DNA of 64,000 nucleotides from a virus. The notes under the pieces are model-generated. The model was not told the DNA's origin, ran no database searches, and saw only the letters and a list, made by a program, of their open reading frames with translations. Each line of letters begins with the position of its first letter. Positions within the stretch are counted from its first letter, which is position 1. The translations under genes were made by a program, and so were the position numbers. Below, piece after piece: positions 24,713 through 34,229 of the stretch. The stretch is taken from positions 1 to 64,000 of the IMG/VR virus record IMGVR_UViG_3300035158_000183; one strand, given 5' to 3'.

Positions 24713-25169
24713 GCTGAAGAGAGCATATACCGACCTAACGGATGACCGGGGACTAGGCGGCTGTGTCTTCCTAGAGATGGCCCCAGCTGTTGGGCCTAAT
24801 AACTACGACTGGAAGAACGGTAAAATAGTGATAGCACTAGGCATCACGGATATCCCCAAGATAATCCTATACCTCCGTAGTTCAGGACACCCACTGTTCC
24901 AGAAGGACGACGGCCAGCTCAAGATATACCATGACAGAGGAGCCGGAACTGCTGCAAAAGGTCAGGACACAACATCACTGAATTTCAACAAGCCTCCTGA
25001 CCGAAATAATTTCTTTCTGCAAGCGTACCAAAAGCGCGGTAACGTTAGTAAACAGGCCACGGTATCAATCTCCCCTGATGAAGCCATTGCCATGGGTACA
25101 CTGCTTCAAGCTGCTATCCCCATCATTTTAGCGTGGGACCTACCGCCTGAGGGACCAGCTAACAGCTAA
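24600..25169 (+). CDS. Whirly-domain-like ssDNA-binding protein
   Basis: YKG..KGKLGAM, GCVFLEMAPAVGPNNYDW, IYHD, PPD.NNFFL, ISPDEA...AIPIILAW are collinear with plant Whirly motifs. Confidence 0.72.
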   Translation: MTVTPQKTFRERQIEGRLPLPFELYKGVKGKLGAMRLKLKRAYTDLTDDRGLGGCVFLEMAPAVGPNNYDWKNGKIVIALGITDIPKIILYLRSSGHPLFQKDDGQLKIYHDRGAGTAAKGQDTTSLNFNKPPDRNNFFLQAYQKRGNVSKQATVSISPDEAIAMGTLLQAAIPIILAWDLPPEGPANS

Positions 25170-25292
25170 AGTTTGGCGCGATGCTGGAGGAGAGTTTCTG
25201 AGACATTCCACTCATAAACCGGTGGACATTTGCGCCCAAATGGATAGAATAGAGTGACGGGAAATTTAGTTTGGTGCGTTCCCGGAGTAATC

Positions 25293-25583
25293 ATGGAAAT
25301 CCTATGTCCCAAGTGTAAGCAGTATTTGTACCTGATGGTGCACACCAAGCACTATTTCAGCGTCAAGGAGGTCGGTCTGATTGATGTAGTCCCGGGCGAC
25401 AAGATGGATGAGGAGAAGTTCTATGTTCTCCGCTGCATGAACTGCCACTGGGGCGGCTGGGTAGATGAATACCATGAAGCTGTGAACAATATCATCAGAC
25501 TATTCAAGAAGGGAGAAGACCCAAACCATGGGAAGTATGATCCAAACATTCCACCGGATATTCCGCCAGCGGGTCACGCGTAA
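25293..25583 (+). CDS. Zn-ribbon protein
   Basis: CPKC...CMNC; GGAG SD. Confidence 0.6.
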   Translation: MEILCPKCKQYLYLMVHTKHYFSVKEVGLIDVVPGDKMDEEKFYVLRCMNCHWGGWVDEYHEAVNNIIRLFKKGEDPNHGKYDPNIPPDIPPAGHA

Positions 25584-25950
25584 GCTGCTTGAGCTGTGGA
25601 TAGAATATGCCAGGAACACTTACGGTCCTAAATCTGATGTCTGTCTCGTCGAGGGAAGCCGGTCTGACCCCATAGAGCCATTTGTAACTTACCAGACTGC
25701 TTCCACACATGGAGGAACGAGGGCTAGCCCGGACTGCGGCACCATAATACGCACACAGGTAGGCCAAAACACTCTACTACGCTATGGGATGCCACTCTCA
25801 GAGCATGATATACCACATGTCGTACTACTGCCCACACCGTCCCTTCTGCTTGCCTTGGGGGTCCGAAGCACAAAGAAGTTTCTTGAAGACTGGCCGGGCG
25901 ACTCAAAGGTTGGCGAGGTAGTAGCTGTTAAATATTCCGTTATAGTTTAA
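25528..25950 (+). CDS. Hypothetical protein
   Basis: ORF in gene run. Confidence 0.5.
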   Translation: MGSMIQTFHRIFRQRVTRKLLELWIEYARNTYGPKSDVCLVEGSRSDPIEPFVTYQTASTHGGTRASPDCGTIIRTQVGQNTLLRYGMPLSEHDIPHVVLLPTPSLLLALGVRSTKKFLEDWPGDSKVGEVVAVKYSVIV

Positions 25951-25961
25951 AGGAGCGTGAG

Positions 25962-26492
25962 ATGCCTGATAAGCCCCTGTCACTAGATGCCTACGTATGG
26001 AAACCCAGCGATGAAGAGATGGTACTGGTCGAGAAGATGCTGGAGTATGTGGTTTCCCAGGCAGATGTCTCAACCCACTGTGAAGTCATAGACTTACAGA
26101 CCTATACCCGGAAGGCCGAGACTGCAAAATTCACCATAGCTTTCGGAGATATGGTATTTTCCCAGTTAGTAGAGGATATACCCGATGACAAGCTCTGCAG
26201 GCTCCCGTCCCTGGACAAGCTTCTGGACACCCCTAACAATGCCTCCAGGCGTCGCCAGGCGCTCCAAACACTCGATAGGGTGGCAAGTACCCTACAGGAG
26301 GCTGCAGTCGCTGTAGAGACCCCCACAGCCTCCCACGTGGAGCTGGAGGACGGTACGACGGCAGGGAAGATAGGCACAGACATCCAGATCACCGAGCAGG
26401 AGGCAGAATACCTCAAGAGGCTCAAGGAATTACTGGGTGGCGGTAAAATTGTAGTAACCAAGGGAGATGTAAAGATTGAGGTATTGAGCTAG
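25962..26492 (+). CDS. Hypothetical protein
   Basis: AAGGAG SD. Confidence 0.65.
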   Translation: MPDKPLSLDAYVWKPSDEEMVLVEKMLEYVVSQADVSTHCEVIDLQTYTRKAETAKFTIAFGDMVFSQLVEDIPDDKLCRLPSLDKLLDTPNNASRRRQALQTLDRVASTLQEAAVAVETPTASHVELEDGTTAGKIGTDIQITEQEAEYLKRLKELLGGGKIVVTKGDVKIEVLS

Positions 26493-26569
26493 AAGTAAAG
26501 CCGGTACGCCGGTTTCTGTTCTTCGGGTGGGCATTATAACAGGAGTAAGTAGATGAGTGAGGTTAAGAG

Positions 26570-27118
26570 ATGAAAGAGAGTACTGAGAAACTAGCCCAGC
26601 GGCTGAAGGAAACCCAGGAGTTTTGTGGTGAGGTCGGCGAGTACCTGGAGAAGAACTTCTATGTTGAAGGCAAGACCATGAAACAGTGGAAGCAGTACTT
26701 CAAGATAGATATCCCTGATGATATCACCTTCCCTGTAGTTATTAAGCTAGCCAGCAAAATCTGGATGAAATACCAGAGGGCTGCATATTTCCGTGATAAG
26801 CAGCAAGTTCAGCTGGCTATCATGGAGCAGACCAAGCATGAAAAATATCACCAGGAATATCAGCGGGCCAGGACAGAGAACGAGAAGAAGTTTAATAAGC
26901 CATTAGCTGCAGAATCCTGCAAGGTTGCAGCTACGCTGGCCATTGGCGACTTGGAAAATGCTATTGCAAACCAGAAGGTGGTACATAGTTTCTGGGTCAA
27001 GACGTGTGATACACTAACTGAAATGAGAAAACTATTAGAGCTTACAGGCTACGCTCTTTCGGGTGACGCGCGGGTCCAAAGAGACGTAGTTATTAGGGGT
27101 GATGGCGGTGCGAATTAA
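26570..27118 (+). CDS. Hypothetical helical protein
   Basis: 182-aa ORF, predicted helical. Confidence 0.65.
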   Translation: MKESTEKLAQRLKETQEFCGEVGEYLEKNFYVEGKTMKQWKQYFKIDIPDDITFPVVIKLASKIWMKYQRAAYFRDKQQVQLAIMEQTKHEKYHQEYQRARTENEKKFNKPLAAESCKVAATLAIGDLENAIANQKVVHSFWVKTCDTLTEMRKLLELTGYALSGDARVQRDVVIRGDGGAN

Positions 27119-27656
27119 ACCCGAGAATACTGCGATACGCAGGAATAAACCTTCACGTCCCACGAGAGACCTCAGAGAGCAGACTCTGTATCTACCTGAT
27201 GGCTACTCTGTGCTTGACTATGGGTGTGGCCGGGGTGACGATGCTGAATGGCTGGAAGGTCTGGGATACCACGTGGTGGCCTGGGACAAGTACATAGACT
27301 GTGACCCCAAGCCCGACAGACGTATGGATGTAGTCCTATGTGTGTATGTTATATGTACCATACCAGACCCAGCTGAGCGCATCGAGGTTATTGAGGACGC
27401 ATGGAGGTACGTAGAGCCTGGTGGCTGCTTGCTATTAGCCACCAGGACCCAGGAAGAGCTACGGCGCGAGGCCCAGAAGCACGGCTGGCCGAAGTACAAG
27501 GACGGCTGGATCACCAGCGAAAGGCGTGGTACATTTCAGAAAGGCTTCACAGAAGACGAGCTGGCCAATATGTGCCAGAGGCTCGTACACCTTGGGCATG
27601 TTGAGATCGGCGGACCACCCAGAGACTATTCGTGTGTGAGAGTTGTCAAGAAGTAA
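27102..27656 (+). CDS. Class I SAM methyltransferase, resembling phosphorothioation-associated putative methyltransferases
   Basis: TAIRRNKPSRP, VLDYGCGRGDD, YVICTI.DP.ER..AW, DGWITS.RGTFQK. Confidence 0.75.
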   Translation: MAVRIKPENTAIRRNKPSRPTRDLREQTLYLPDGYSVLDYGCGRGDDAEWLEGLGYHVVAWDKYIDCDPKPDRRMDVVLCVYVICTIPDPAERIEVIEDAWRYVEPGGCLLLATRTQEELRREAQKHGWPKYKDGWITSERRGTFQKGFTEDELANMCQRLVHLGHVEIGGPPRDYSCVRVVKK

Positions 27657-27714
27657 ATATATGTAGACAGCTGTGGTAAAGTTGTCATCATATATGTAGA
27701 TTTTCGGAGTATTC

Positions 27715-30700
27715 ATGCAAACTCGTAAGGTCAATGTAGAAATAACCACCCCAGACGGCGATGTAGTATTCAGCAAGCCCGACTTTGAGGTACCCGAGTT
27801 CTGGTCTGATAGGGCAGCCACAATAGTGGCCTCCAAGTACGCCACGGATGACGAGCAGAGCGCCCTGCAGGTCATTGGCAGAGTTGCAGCCCAAATTACC
27901 AAGTGGGGAGTAGCTCAAGGCTACTTTGGACAGGACGTCTCCGAGTGGCACGAAGACACAGTGCTCTCATCGTGCAAAGATAAACATAACTGTGAGGTAT
28001 GTGACTTCTACGGAAGCCTCATGGATATTCTTATCAACCAGAGAGCTAGCTTTAACAGCCCTGTATGGTTTAATTGTGGTGTCCCCGAGAATTCTCCACA
28101 AATGTCGGCGTGTTTTGTCATCCCTGTCGAGGATAACATGGAGAGTATCCTGAATCACGCTGTGGTGGAAGGCATGATCTTTAAGAGTGGCTCCGGTGCT
28201 GGGGTGAACGTTAGCAAGCTCAGGGCACAGGGAGAGAAGCTCTCTAATAAGGGCGAGGCCTCCGGCCCTGTCAGCTTTATGGAAGGCTGGGACGCCTTCG
28301 CCGGTATTATTAAGAGCGGAGGTAAGGTCCGGAGAGCAGCCAAACTAGTCTGCATGGATGTAGACCATCCGGACATCTTTAAGTTCATTGAGTGTAAACA
28401 GCATGAGGAGAGGAAGGCCAAGATTCTAATTGCCAACGGCATAGACCCAGAGGAGGCCTACCATACAGTCTTCTTCCAGAATACCAACCATTCCATTAGA
28501 ACTACAGATGAGTTTATGAATATTATTCGGAATAAGCGTGATGAATGGGCGCTGGTTAACAGAGGAGACAGCAAGCTTACTTATACTTCAGCCAGGAAGA
28601 TTTTACGCGCAGCTGCTGAGGTAGCCTGGGAGACTGGAGATCCGGGCATACAGTTTCACGACCGAATGAACAGTGATAACCCAGTACCTTCCATGGGGGA
28701 AATTCGGAGCACAAACCCCTGCTTTGCAGGAGATACAAGAATATCGACACCTTACGGCTACAGAAGAATTATCGACCTTGTTGCATTAGCGACAACAGAA
28801 GGCATAATGACTGACGTCCATACTGAGGATGGTATTATAAGCACACCGATAGCCTTCATGGCGACAGGAAAGAATGACATCCTCAGAGTAGAGCTGTCTG
28901 ACGGAAGGGTAATAAAGACCACGCCCAATCACAACTGGTTCATCAGCGGTCAAAAGATTCCAGCCTGCGAACTTGAACCTGGAATGCCTATAGAGTTGAT
29001 ACACCAGAGGCGACCCAAAAGACGTATCTCAGCAGACGAACAACAACTTAGTGTGAAAGAGGATATCAATGATTACAGAACACCAGGAACACATTTTATT
29101 GAAGATGCAAACTTCCCAGCCACGCTAACAGCTGAGTTCGCAGAAATACTAGGACACCTTACAGGTGATGGTTACATATCAGATGGAGAACAATACTCAG
29201 TTGGATGGATCTTTGGGACACATCCAGATGAATCAGAAAAGCTACACGATAGATATAAAACGGTCTTAAACAAATATCTGCCCATAAATACTACAACCAA
29301 CACTAATGGATGTAGGGTACTCCGTTACAATAGACGGCCTGTGCTGAACTACTTTGTAGACTTGGGGTTTTCTCGATGTAAGGCACATGAGAAGAGAGTG
29401 CCTGAGATCTTCTTCAAAGCCGAACCGCCAATTCTGAAACAATACCTGTGCGGGTATTTTGGTGCTGACGGGACAGTTTATGGGAAAGAAGAGGAGGGGT
29501 CCTGCTCAGTAAACTGTGCTTCAACATCCCCAGAATTGTTACGAGATATCCAGCTTCTTCTTGATGTCTTTAACATAAGATCCTGGATCAAAAAGATGAA
29601 AGATCCAGGCCAAATAACATTCGCCGACGGCAAGACATACAATACTCGCGCAACATATAGACTAAGCATCGATCCAGAGGATGTCAGGAGTTTTCATGAA
29701 CTTATTGGATTTAGTGTAGACTATAAGAACAACAGGCTTGCCTCCCTATTAGAATGTCGAAAGACAGTCAAACCACGACGCAAACAAGTTCATATTGTTT
29801 CTGTGGTAAAACAGAAAAGACAAGAAATAACTTACAATCTTACAGAGCCTATAAACAATTTAGTCTTTGCCAACGGGGTTCTTATAGCACAGTGTTCAGA
29901 ATTTAGTGCGGTAGACAATTCAAGTTGCAACTTAGCCAGTCTAAACCTAGTAAAGTACATGAATCCTGAAGCTGAGGATGGTTTTGATGATGCGCTGTTC
30001 CGCAAGGACATCCACACGATGATCACTGCCATGGATATTATGGTAGAGGCAGCTGAATATCCTACGGAGGACATCAGGAAGACCACAATAGCTACCAGGC
30101 CATTAGGGTTGGGCTTCACCAATCTGGGAGCATACCTAATGTTAATTGGGTTGCCATATGACTCAGAAGAAGCCAGAGAAACAGCTTCAAAGATCACTAA
30201 ACTAATGTCTTACTGCGCATGTGAGCGGAGCATAGAATTAGCCAAGAAGCTAGGGCCATTTGAGAAGTTTGAAGAGAACAAAGAGACCTGTCTAGAGATC
30301 ACTGAACGTATAGCAGGTGCTCCTAGAGGACTAAAGACGCATGGCCTCCGCAACTCACAGCTAACTCTGTTAGCTCCGACGGGCACGATCTCATTTATGA
30401 TGGACTGTGATACTACTGGTATAGAGCCGCTGTTTGCCTTAAGGAGCACGAAACAGCTGGCTGGCGGCGGAACTCTAGAACTGACCCCAGCATGTGTACA
30501 GAAATCATTTGAGAACCTCGGCGACTATGTACAGGACAATAGGCCACCGAACAAGGATATTTCAGAACACATATCAGATCTGCCGGAAGCCAAACGAGCC
30601 ATCTTCAAGACAGCCAATGAGATCCGCTGGCGAGACCACATACTTATGATGGCAGCCTGCCAGAAGCACCTGAATGGTGCCATTAGTAAGTGTGTGACAG

Positions 30701-32676
30701 GAGATACCCTGATACTGACGCACGAAGGTATTATGCCAATTGGCAGCTTTTATAACGGAGAAACCTCAGATACATTTAGGGAAGAGGATATTGTCCTTGG
30801 CTCTATTTCTAAGCCGCAGAAAGCAGACTTGTTTTACTATGGGGGGGAAAGAGAGACTCTCAAGATTACTCTGAGGGACGGCAGAACGATAGAAGGAACT
30901 CCTAACCATAAGCTTAAGGTGGCGAACAGCAAAGGATACACCTGGAAACGCCTAGATGAAATTACAGGAGACGACTACGTGGCCATCAAACTTGGATCGG
31001 ATATCTGGGCACAAGAAACACTAGAGATTGGTTTTACGCCCCCAAAGCTGTACGGACGTCAGAAAAGAGTTAGTATACCACAGACTCTAGACAGAGACCT
31101 GGGATGGCTATTCGGAGCATATATTGCTGATGGGAATACAACCCCGAGTAACTGGACAATACATATAACTAACAATAATGGACAGGTACTATCCAAGATA
31201 GCGAATATAGTGGAAAGTAGATTTGGAATAGGAGCTAGACTCTCCGTGGATAAGCGCAGAGGGACACAAGCTGTACACATCAGCTCAAAAACTCTGTGTA
31301 TGTTGTTCGACTGGCTGGGGTGCGGAGGTAATGCTGAAACTAAAGAGATACCCTGGTCAATCTTACAGTCGCCAAAAGAAGTCGTACAATCATTTGTTAG
31401 TGGGCTCTGGCTAGATGGATATGTGAGAAATGCAAACGCGACTGTAGCAATTTGTTTGAAGTCTGAGAAAATAATCCGCCAACTCCAAGTGATAATGAAC
31501 AACTTTGGTCTACGTGCTAATATAATAACGAAGCACAATAAAGAATATAATAGGGACTTCTTTGAGCTACTTATTCACGGAGAAGACCTCATGAAATTCT
31601 CGAAACTGTTCACTCTGGACGATCCCTGGAAACAAGAGACACTGGATGTACACTGCAAGGTTCTACCGGAGAGAAAACACAATAGAATCTATTCAGATGT
31701 AGTGCCCTGTTATAGACAGGAAATAAAACAGATCGTATTAGAGAAAGGTACTCGATCTAAGTATACATCAGTGTTTGATCACAGAACACAAAATCTCTCA
31801 TGGCAGCTAGTTAACGATATCTACCTTGAGTCGTTCGACGAAGTAACTAAGCATGCACCTGGCTTGCATGAAATATGCTACGACAATATCCACTTCGCAA
31901 GAGTTACCCACAAAGAAGACGCGGAGGCAGAGGTGTACGACTTCCAAGTTCCAGAGAATCATGCTTTTATCGGCAACGGAATTATCAACCACAACACCAT
32001 CAACATACCAACCGATGCTACAGTGGAAGACGTAGAAGAAGCCTACATGATGGCTTGGAAGGAGGGCCTGAAGTCTGTGGCTGTCTACAGAGACGGTTCC
32101 AAGGACATGCAACCCCTGACAGCTGCACCAGAAGATACAGATGAGGAAGAGCCAGATGAGGACCAGTGGATGGCCTTTAGGCGCCGGCTCCCGGAGACAA
32201 GGCAGTCCATCACTCACAAGTTTAATGTGGGAGGGCTGGACGGATACCTCACAATAGGAATCTATGATGATGGCAGCCCCGGTGAGATATTTATCCGGAC
32301 CCAGAAGCAGGGTTCTACCATGCAGGGTGTCTTGGATGCCTTTGCCACAGCCGTATCGTATGCTCTACAGTATGGAGTGCCACTTGAGGTCCTGGTCGGC
32401 AAGTTCGTCGGCTCCAAGTTTGAGCCAGCAGGCTTCACAACCAACGAAGACATCAAGCTTACTACATCCATAATGGACTACATATTTAGGTGGTTAAGTA
32501 TCCAATTCATAGATGAGGAGGATGAAGACGATAGCGAGCCAAGCAGGCCGTCTATGCCACCTAATAGCAAGGTCCAGTTCGATGGACCGCCTTGCCCTAA
32601 GTGCCAGAGTGTTACTGGCAGGAGCGGGCACTGCTACCTGTGCCCACAGTGTGGAGAGACGACTGGATGTAGTTGA
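27715..32676 (+). CDS. nrdJ: Class II (B12-dependent) ribonucleotide reductase with two inteins
   Basis: FNSPVWFN, SACF, SGPVSFM, TNP|CSE, CNLASLNL, RPLGLG, APTGTISF, ISK|TIN, YRDGSK; C-terminal TSCPD-like region and Zn ribbon. Confidence 0.95.
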   Translation: MQTRKVNVEITTPDGDVVFSKPDFEVPEFWSDRAATIVASKYATDDEQSALQVIGRVAAQITKWGVAQGYFGQDVSEWHEDTVLSSCKDKHNCEVCDFYGSLMDILINQRASFNSPVWFNCGVPENSPQMSACFVIPVEDNMESILNHAVVEGMIFKSGSGAGVNVSKLRAQGEKLSNKGEASGPVSFMEGWDAFAGIIKSGGKVRRAAKLVCMDVDHPDIFKFIECKQHEERKAKILIANGIDPEEAYHTVFFQNTNHSIRTTDEFMNIIRNKRDEWALVNRGDSKLTYTSARKILRAAAEVAWETGDPGIQFHDRMNSDNPVPSMGEIRSTNPCFAGDTRISTPYGYRRIIDLVALATTEGIMTDVHTEDGIISTPIAFMATGKNDILRVELSDGRVIKTTPNHNWFISGQKIPACELEPGMPIELIHQRRPKRRISADEQQLSVKEDINDYRTPGTHFIEDANFPATLTAEFAEILGHLTGDGYISDGEQYSVGWIFGTHPDESEKLHDRYKTVLNKYLPINTTTNTNGCRVLRYNRRPVLNYFVDLGFSRCKAHEKRVPEIFFKAEPPILKQYLCGYFGADGTVYGKEEEGSCSVNCASTSPELLRDIQLLLDVFNIRSWIKKMKDPGQITFADGKTYNTRATYRLSIDPEDVRSFHELIGFSVDYKNNRLASLLECRKTVKPRRKQVHIVSVVKQKRQEITYNLTEPINNLVFANGVLIAQCSEFSAVDNSSCNLASLNLVKYMNPEAEDGFDDALFRKDIHTMITAMDIMVEAAEYPTEDIRKTTIATRPLGLGFTNLGAYLMLIGLPYDSEEARETASKITKLMSYCACERSIELAKKLGPFEKFEENKETCLEITERIAGAPRGLKTHGLRNSQLTLLAPTGTISFMMDCDTTGIEPLFALRSTKQLAGGGTLELTPACVQKSFENLGDYVQDNRPPNKDISEHISDLPEAKRAIFKTANEIRWRDHILMMAACQKHLNGAISKCVTGDTLILTHEGIMPIGSFYNGETSDTFREEDIVLGSISKPQKADLFYYGGERETLKITLRDGRTIEGTPNHKLKVANSKGYTWKRLDEITGDDYVAIKLGSDIWAQETLEIGFTPPKLYGRQKRVSIPQTLDRDLGWLFGAYIADGNTTPSNWTIHITNNNGQVLSKIANIVESRFGIGARLSVDKRRGTQAVHISSKTLCMLFDWLGCGGNAETKEIPWSILQSPKEVVQSFVSGLWLDGYVRNANATVAICLKSEKIIRQLQVIMNNFGLRANIITKHNKEYNRDFFELLIHGEDLMKFSKLFTLDDPWKQETLDVHCKVLPERKHNRIYSDVVPCYRQEIKQIVLEKGTRSKYTSVFDHRTQNLSWQLVNDIYLESFDEVTKHAPGLHEICYDNIHFARVTHKEDAEAEVYDFQVPENHAFIGNGIINHNTINIPTDATVEDVEEAYMMAWKEGLKSVAVYRDGSKDMQPLTAAPEDTDEEEPDEDQWMAFRRRLPETRQSITHKFNVGGLDGYLTIGIYDDGSPGEIFIRTQKQGSTMQGVLDAFATAVSYALQYGVPLEVLVGKFVGSKFEPAGFTTNEDIKLTTSIMDYIFRWLSIQFIDEEDEDDSEPSRPSMPPNSKVQFDGPPCPKCQSVTGRSGHCYLCPQCGETTGCS
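28720..29892 (+). mobile_element. Intein 1 in NrdJ with LAGLIDADG homing endonuclease (391 aa, ends in Gln)
   Basis: TNP|CFAGDT...TTPNH...LGHLTGDG...LCGYFGADG...ANGVLIAQ|CSEF. Confidence 0.92.
30691..31995 (+). mobile_element. Intein 2 in NrdJ with LAGLIDADG homing endonuclease (435 aa)
   Basis: ISK|CVTGDT...GTPNH...FGAYIADG...GLWLDG...GNGIINHN|TIN. Confidence 0.93.
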
Positions 32677-32705
32677 CAAAACTGTTCCTATAGGAGGATG
32701 ATTTA

Positions 32706-33371
32706 ATGAATGCTCGGGACAGAGAGATATTTGACGAGCTAGCTGCCGTCATTAAGATCAGGTATCCAGAAGTTAAGATACGCTATAAGTGTGATCACTG
32801 GTACTGGAAGCTAGTACCAAAGAAGTTCCGTGCAGCTGGTAGTGTACTTGGCAACACTATCTGGCTTCAGGATAGAGAGACATCATTTGGTACACTTGCC
32901 CATGAGTACCAGCATATCGTAGACACGAATGATATGGGTCGGTTAGCCTTTATCACGATGTACCTAGCACCCCAGATCCTAGCTCTGATTCCACTGTTCT
33001 TCGTGGCGCTATCCATATACTTCAGTATGCCCCTGTTCATCGTACTGAATGCCCTGGCAACGTTGCTCTGCCTGGCCCCGCTACCAGCTCCAGGGCGAGC
33101 GTGGCTAGAGCTGCGCGGGTACTCAATGGGCCTGTTTCTGGCCCGTCTCAGGCATGGAGAGAATTCTGATTACTACAGTGATTTTGTTGTTGACGCAATG
33201 ACAGGTTGGCTTTATTATAAGATGATCTGGTCAAGACGTCGTGCTTGGCGGATGGTAGAAAAGGCTGCAGCCCTCGTAGAGGACAGTAAGCAAGCGAGAA
33301 AGATAAGCCGAGCATTTGAAGATGTCTACAAAATCGTCAACAGCAAGACCGTCGTATCAGGAAGTAGATGA
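32706..33371 (+). CDS. Membrane-associated HExxH metallopeptidase-like protein
   Basis: LAHEYQH, hydrophobic hairpin, downstream ELRGY. Confidence 0.55.
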   Translation: MNARDREIFDELAAVIKIRYPEVKIRYKCDHWYWKLVPKKFRAAGSVLGNTIWLQDRETSFGTLAHEYQHIVDTNDMGRLAFITMYLAPQILALIPLFFVALSIYFSMPLFIVLNALATLLCLAPLPAPGRAWLELRGYSMGLFLARLRHGENSDYYSDFVVDAMTGWLYYKMIWSRRRAWRMVEKAAALVEDSKQARKISRAFEDVYKIVNSKTVVSGSR

Positions 33372-34197
33372 CGCGGATCGTCATGCTCAGTTGAGCAGCC
33401 GCACAGACACACTTAGCAAGAGCTTTGCCACAGACCTATGGATGGGCGTCATCACTCGGGCCATAAATGATGTGGCCCTGTACCAGCTGATGCGAACCCA
33501 AGGGAAGGAACTGAAAGACGAGGAGTTGGAGTTTGAGGAGTCGGCCATCGGGTTCCTGTTCGACGATAGCTACACTATCCCGATGGACGATTTCCTGGTA
33601 GACATCGACTGCCCGAAGTGCGAGAAAACGTGGTCAGTCTCGATGAGTGAGACAGCAGGGAAGGACTCTATATGTCCGCACTGCAACCATAAGACCAGTT
33701 GGAAGCACACCACCTACGAGATTACTGAGAACCAGACTGTCAAAGACATTACACTGAAGGACCTCATAGCCATATGGGGCGTGGAAGACATAGATGGTTT
33801 TCGTGATGGTGTTCGTAGAAGAATAGAAGAGATTGTTAGTAAGAAGCTCAAGGCTTCACAGCGGAAAGAGGAAGACATGGCTGAGGACACCCCACAGAAG
33901 CAGCAGCGTAAGCGTAAGCCTACATTCAGGGAAGAGACCCATGAGATACTGATGGAGATCGAGGACATGCTCATCGACAAGAACGAGAAGTACGGCGACT
34001 CCGCCCTGAACCCAGTGAGGATATTCTCCAAGGCCGATCCAAGAGAGCAAATCCGGGTGAGACTGGATGATAAGCTCTCAAGGCTGGTCAGGGGGAACCA
34101 CATCAATGAGGATGAGGACGTAGCTCAGGATATCATAGGCTACTTCATCCTGGATGAGATTTTGAAGAGAAGAGAAGAGCGTAAGAAAGCTAAGTAA
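33322..34197 (+). CDS. Zn-ribbon protein with C-terminal DUF1599/Nmad-like domain (possibly a separate start at 33877)
   Basis: CPKC/CPHC; [34 protein letters not shown]. Confidence 0.65.
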   Translation: MSTKSSTARPSYQEVDDADRHAQLSSRTDTLSKSFATDLWMGVITRAINDVALYQLMRTQGKELKDEELEFEESAIGFLFDDSYTIPMDDFLVDIDCPKCEKTWSVSMSETAGKDSICPHCNHKTSWKHTTYEITENQTVKDITLKDLIAIWGVEDIDGFRDGVRRRIEEIVSKKLKASQRKEEDMAEDTPQKQQRKRKPTFREETHEILMEIEDMLIDKNEKYGDSALNPVRIFSKADPREQIRVRLDDKLSRLVRGNHINEDEDVAQDIIGYFILDEILKRREERKKAK

Positions 34198-34229
34198 TTT
34201 CAGCAGTTTCACAAAACCGAGGTGATCAA

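Noticed and set aside
26491-26524. Hairpin AGCCGG-TACG-CCGGTT as an intrinsic terminator
   Set aside because: U-tract is short and interrupted; too weak to call
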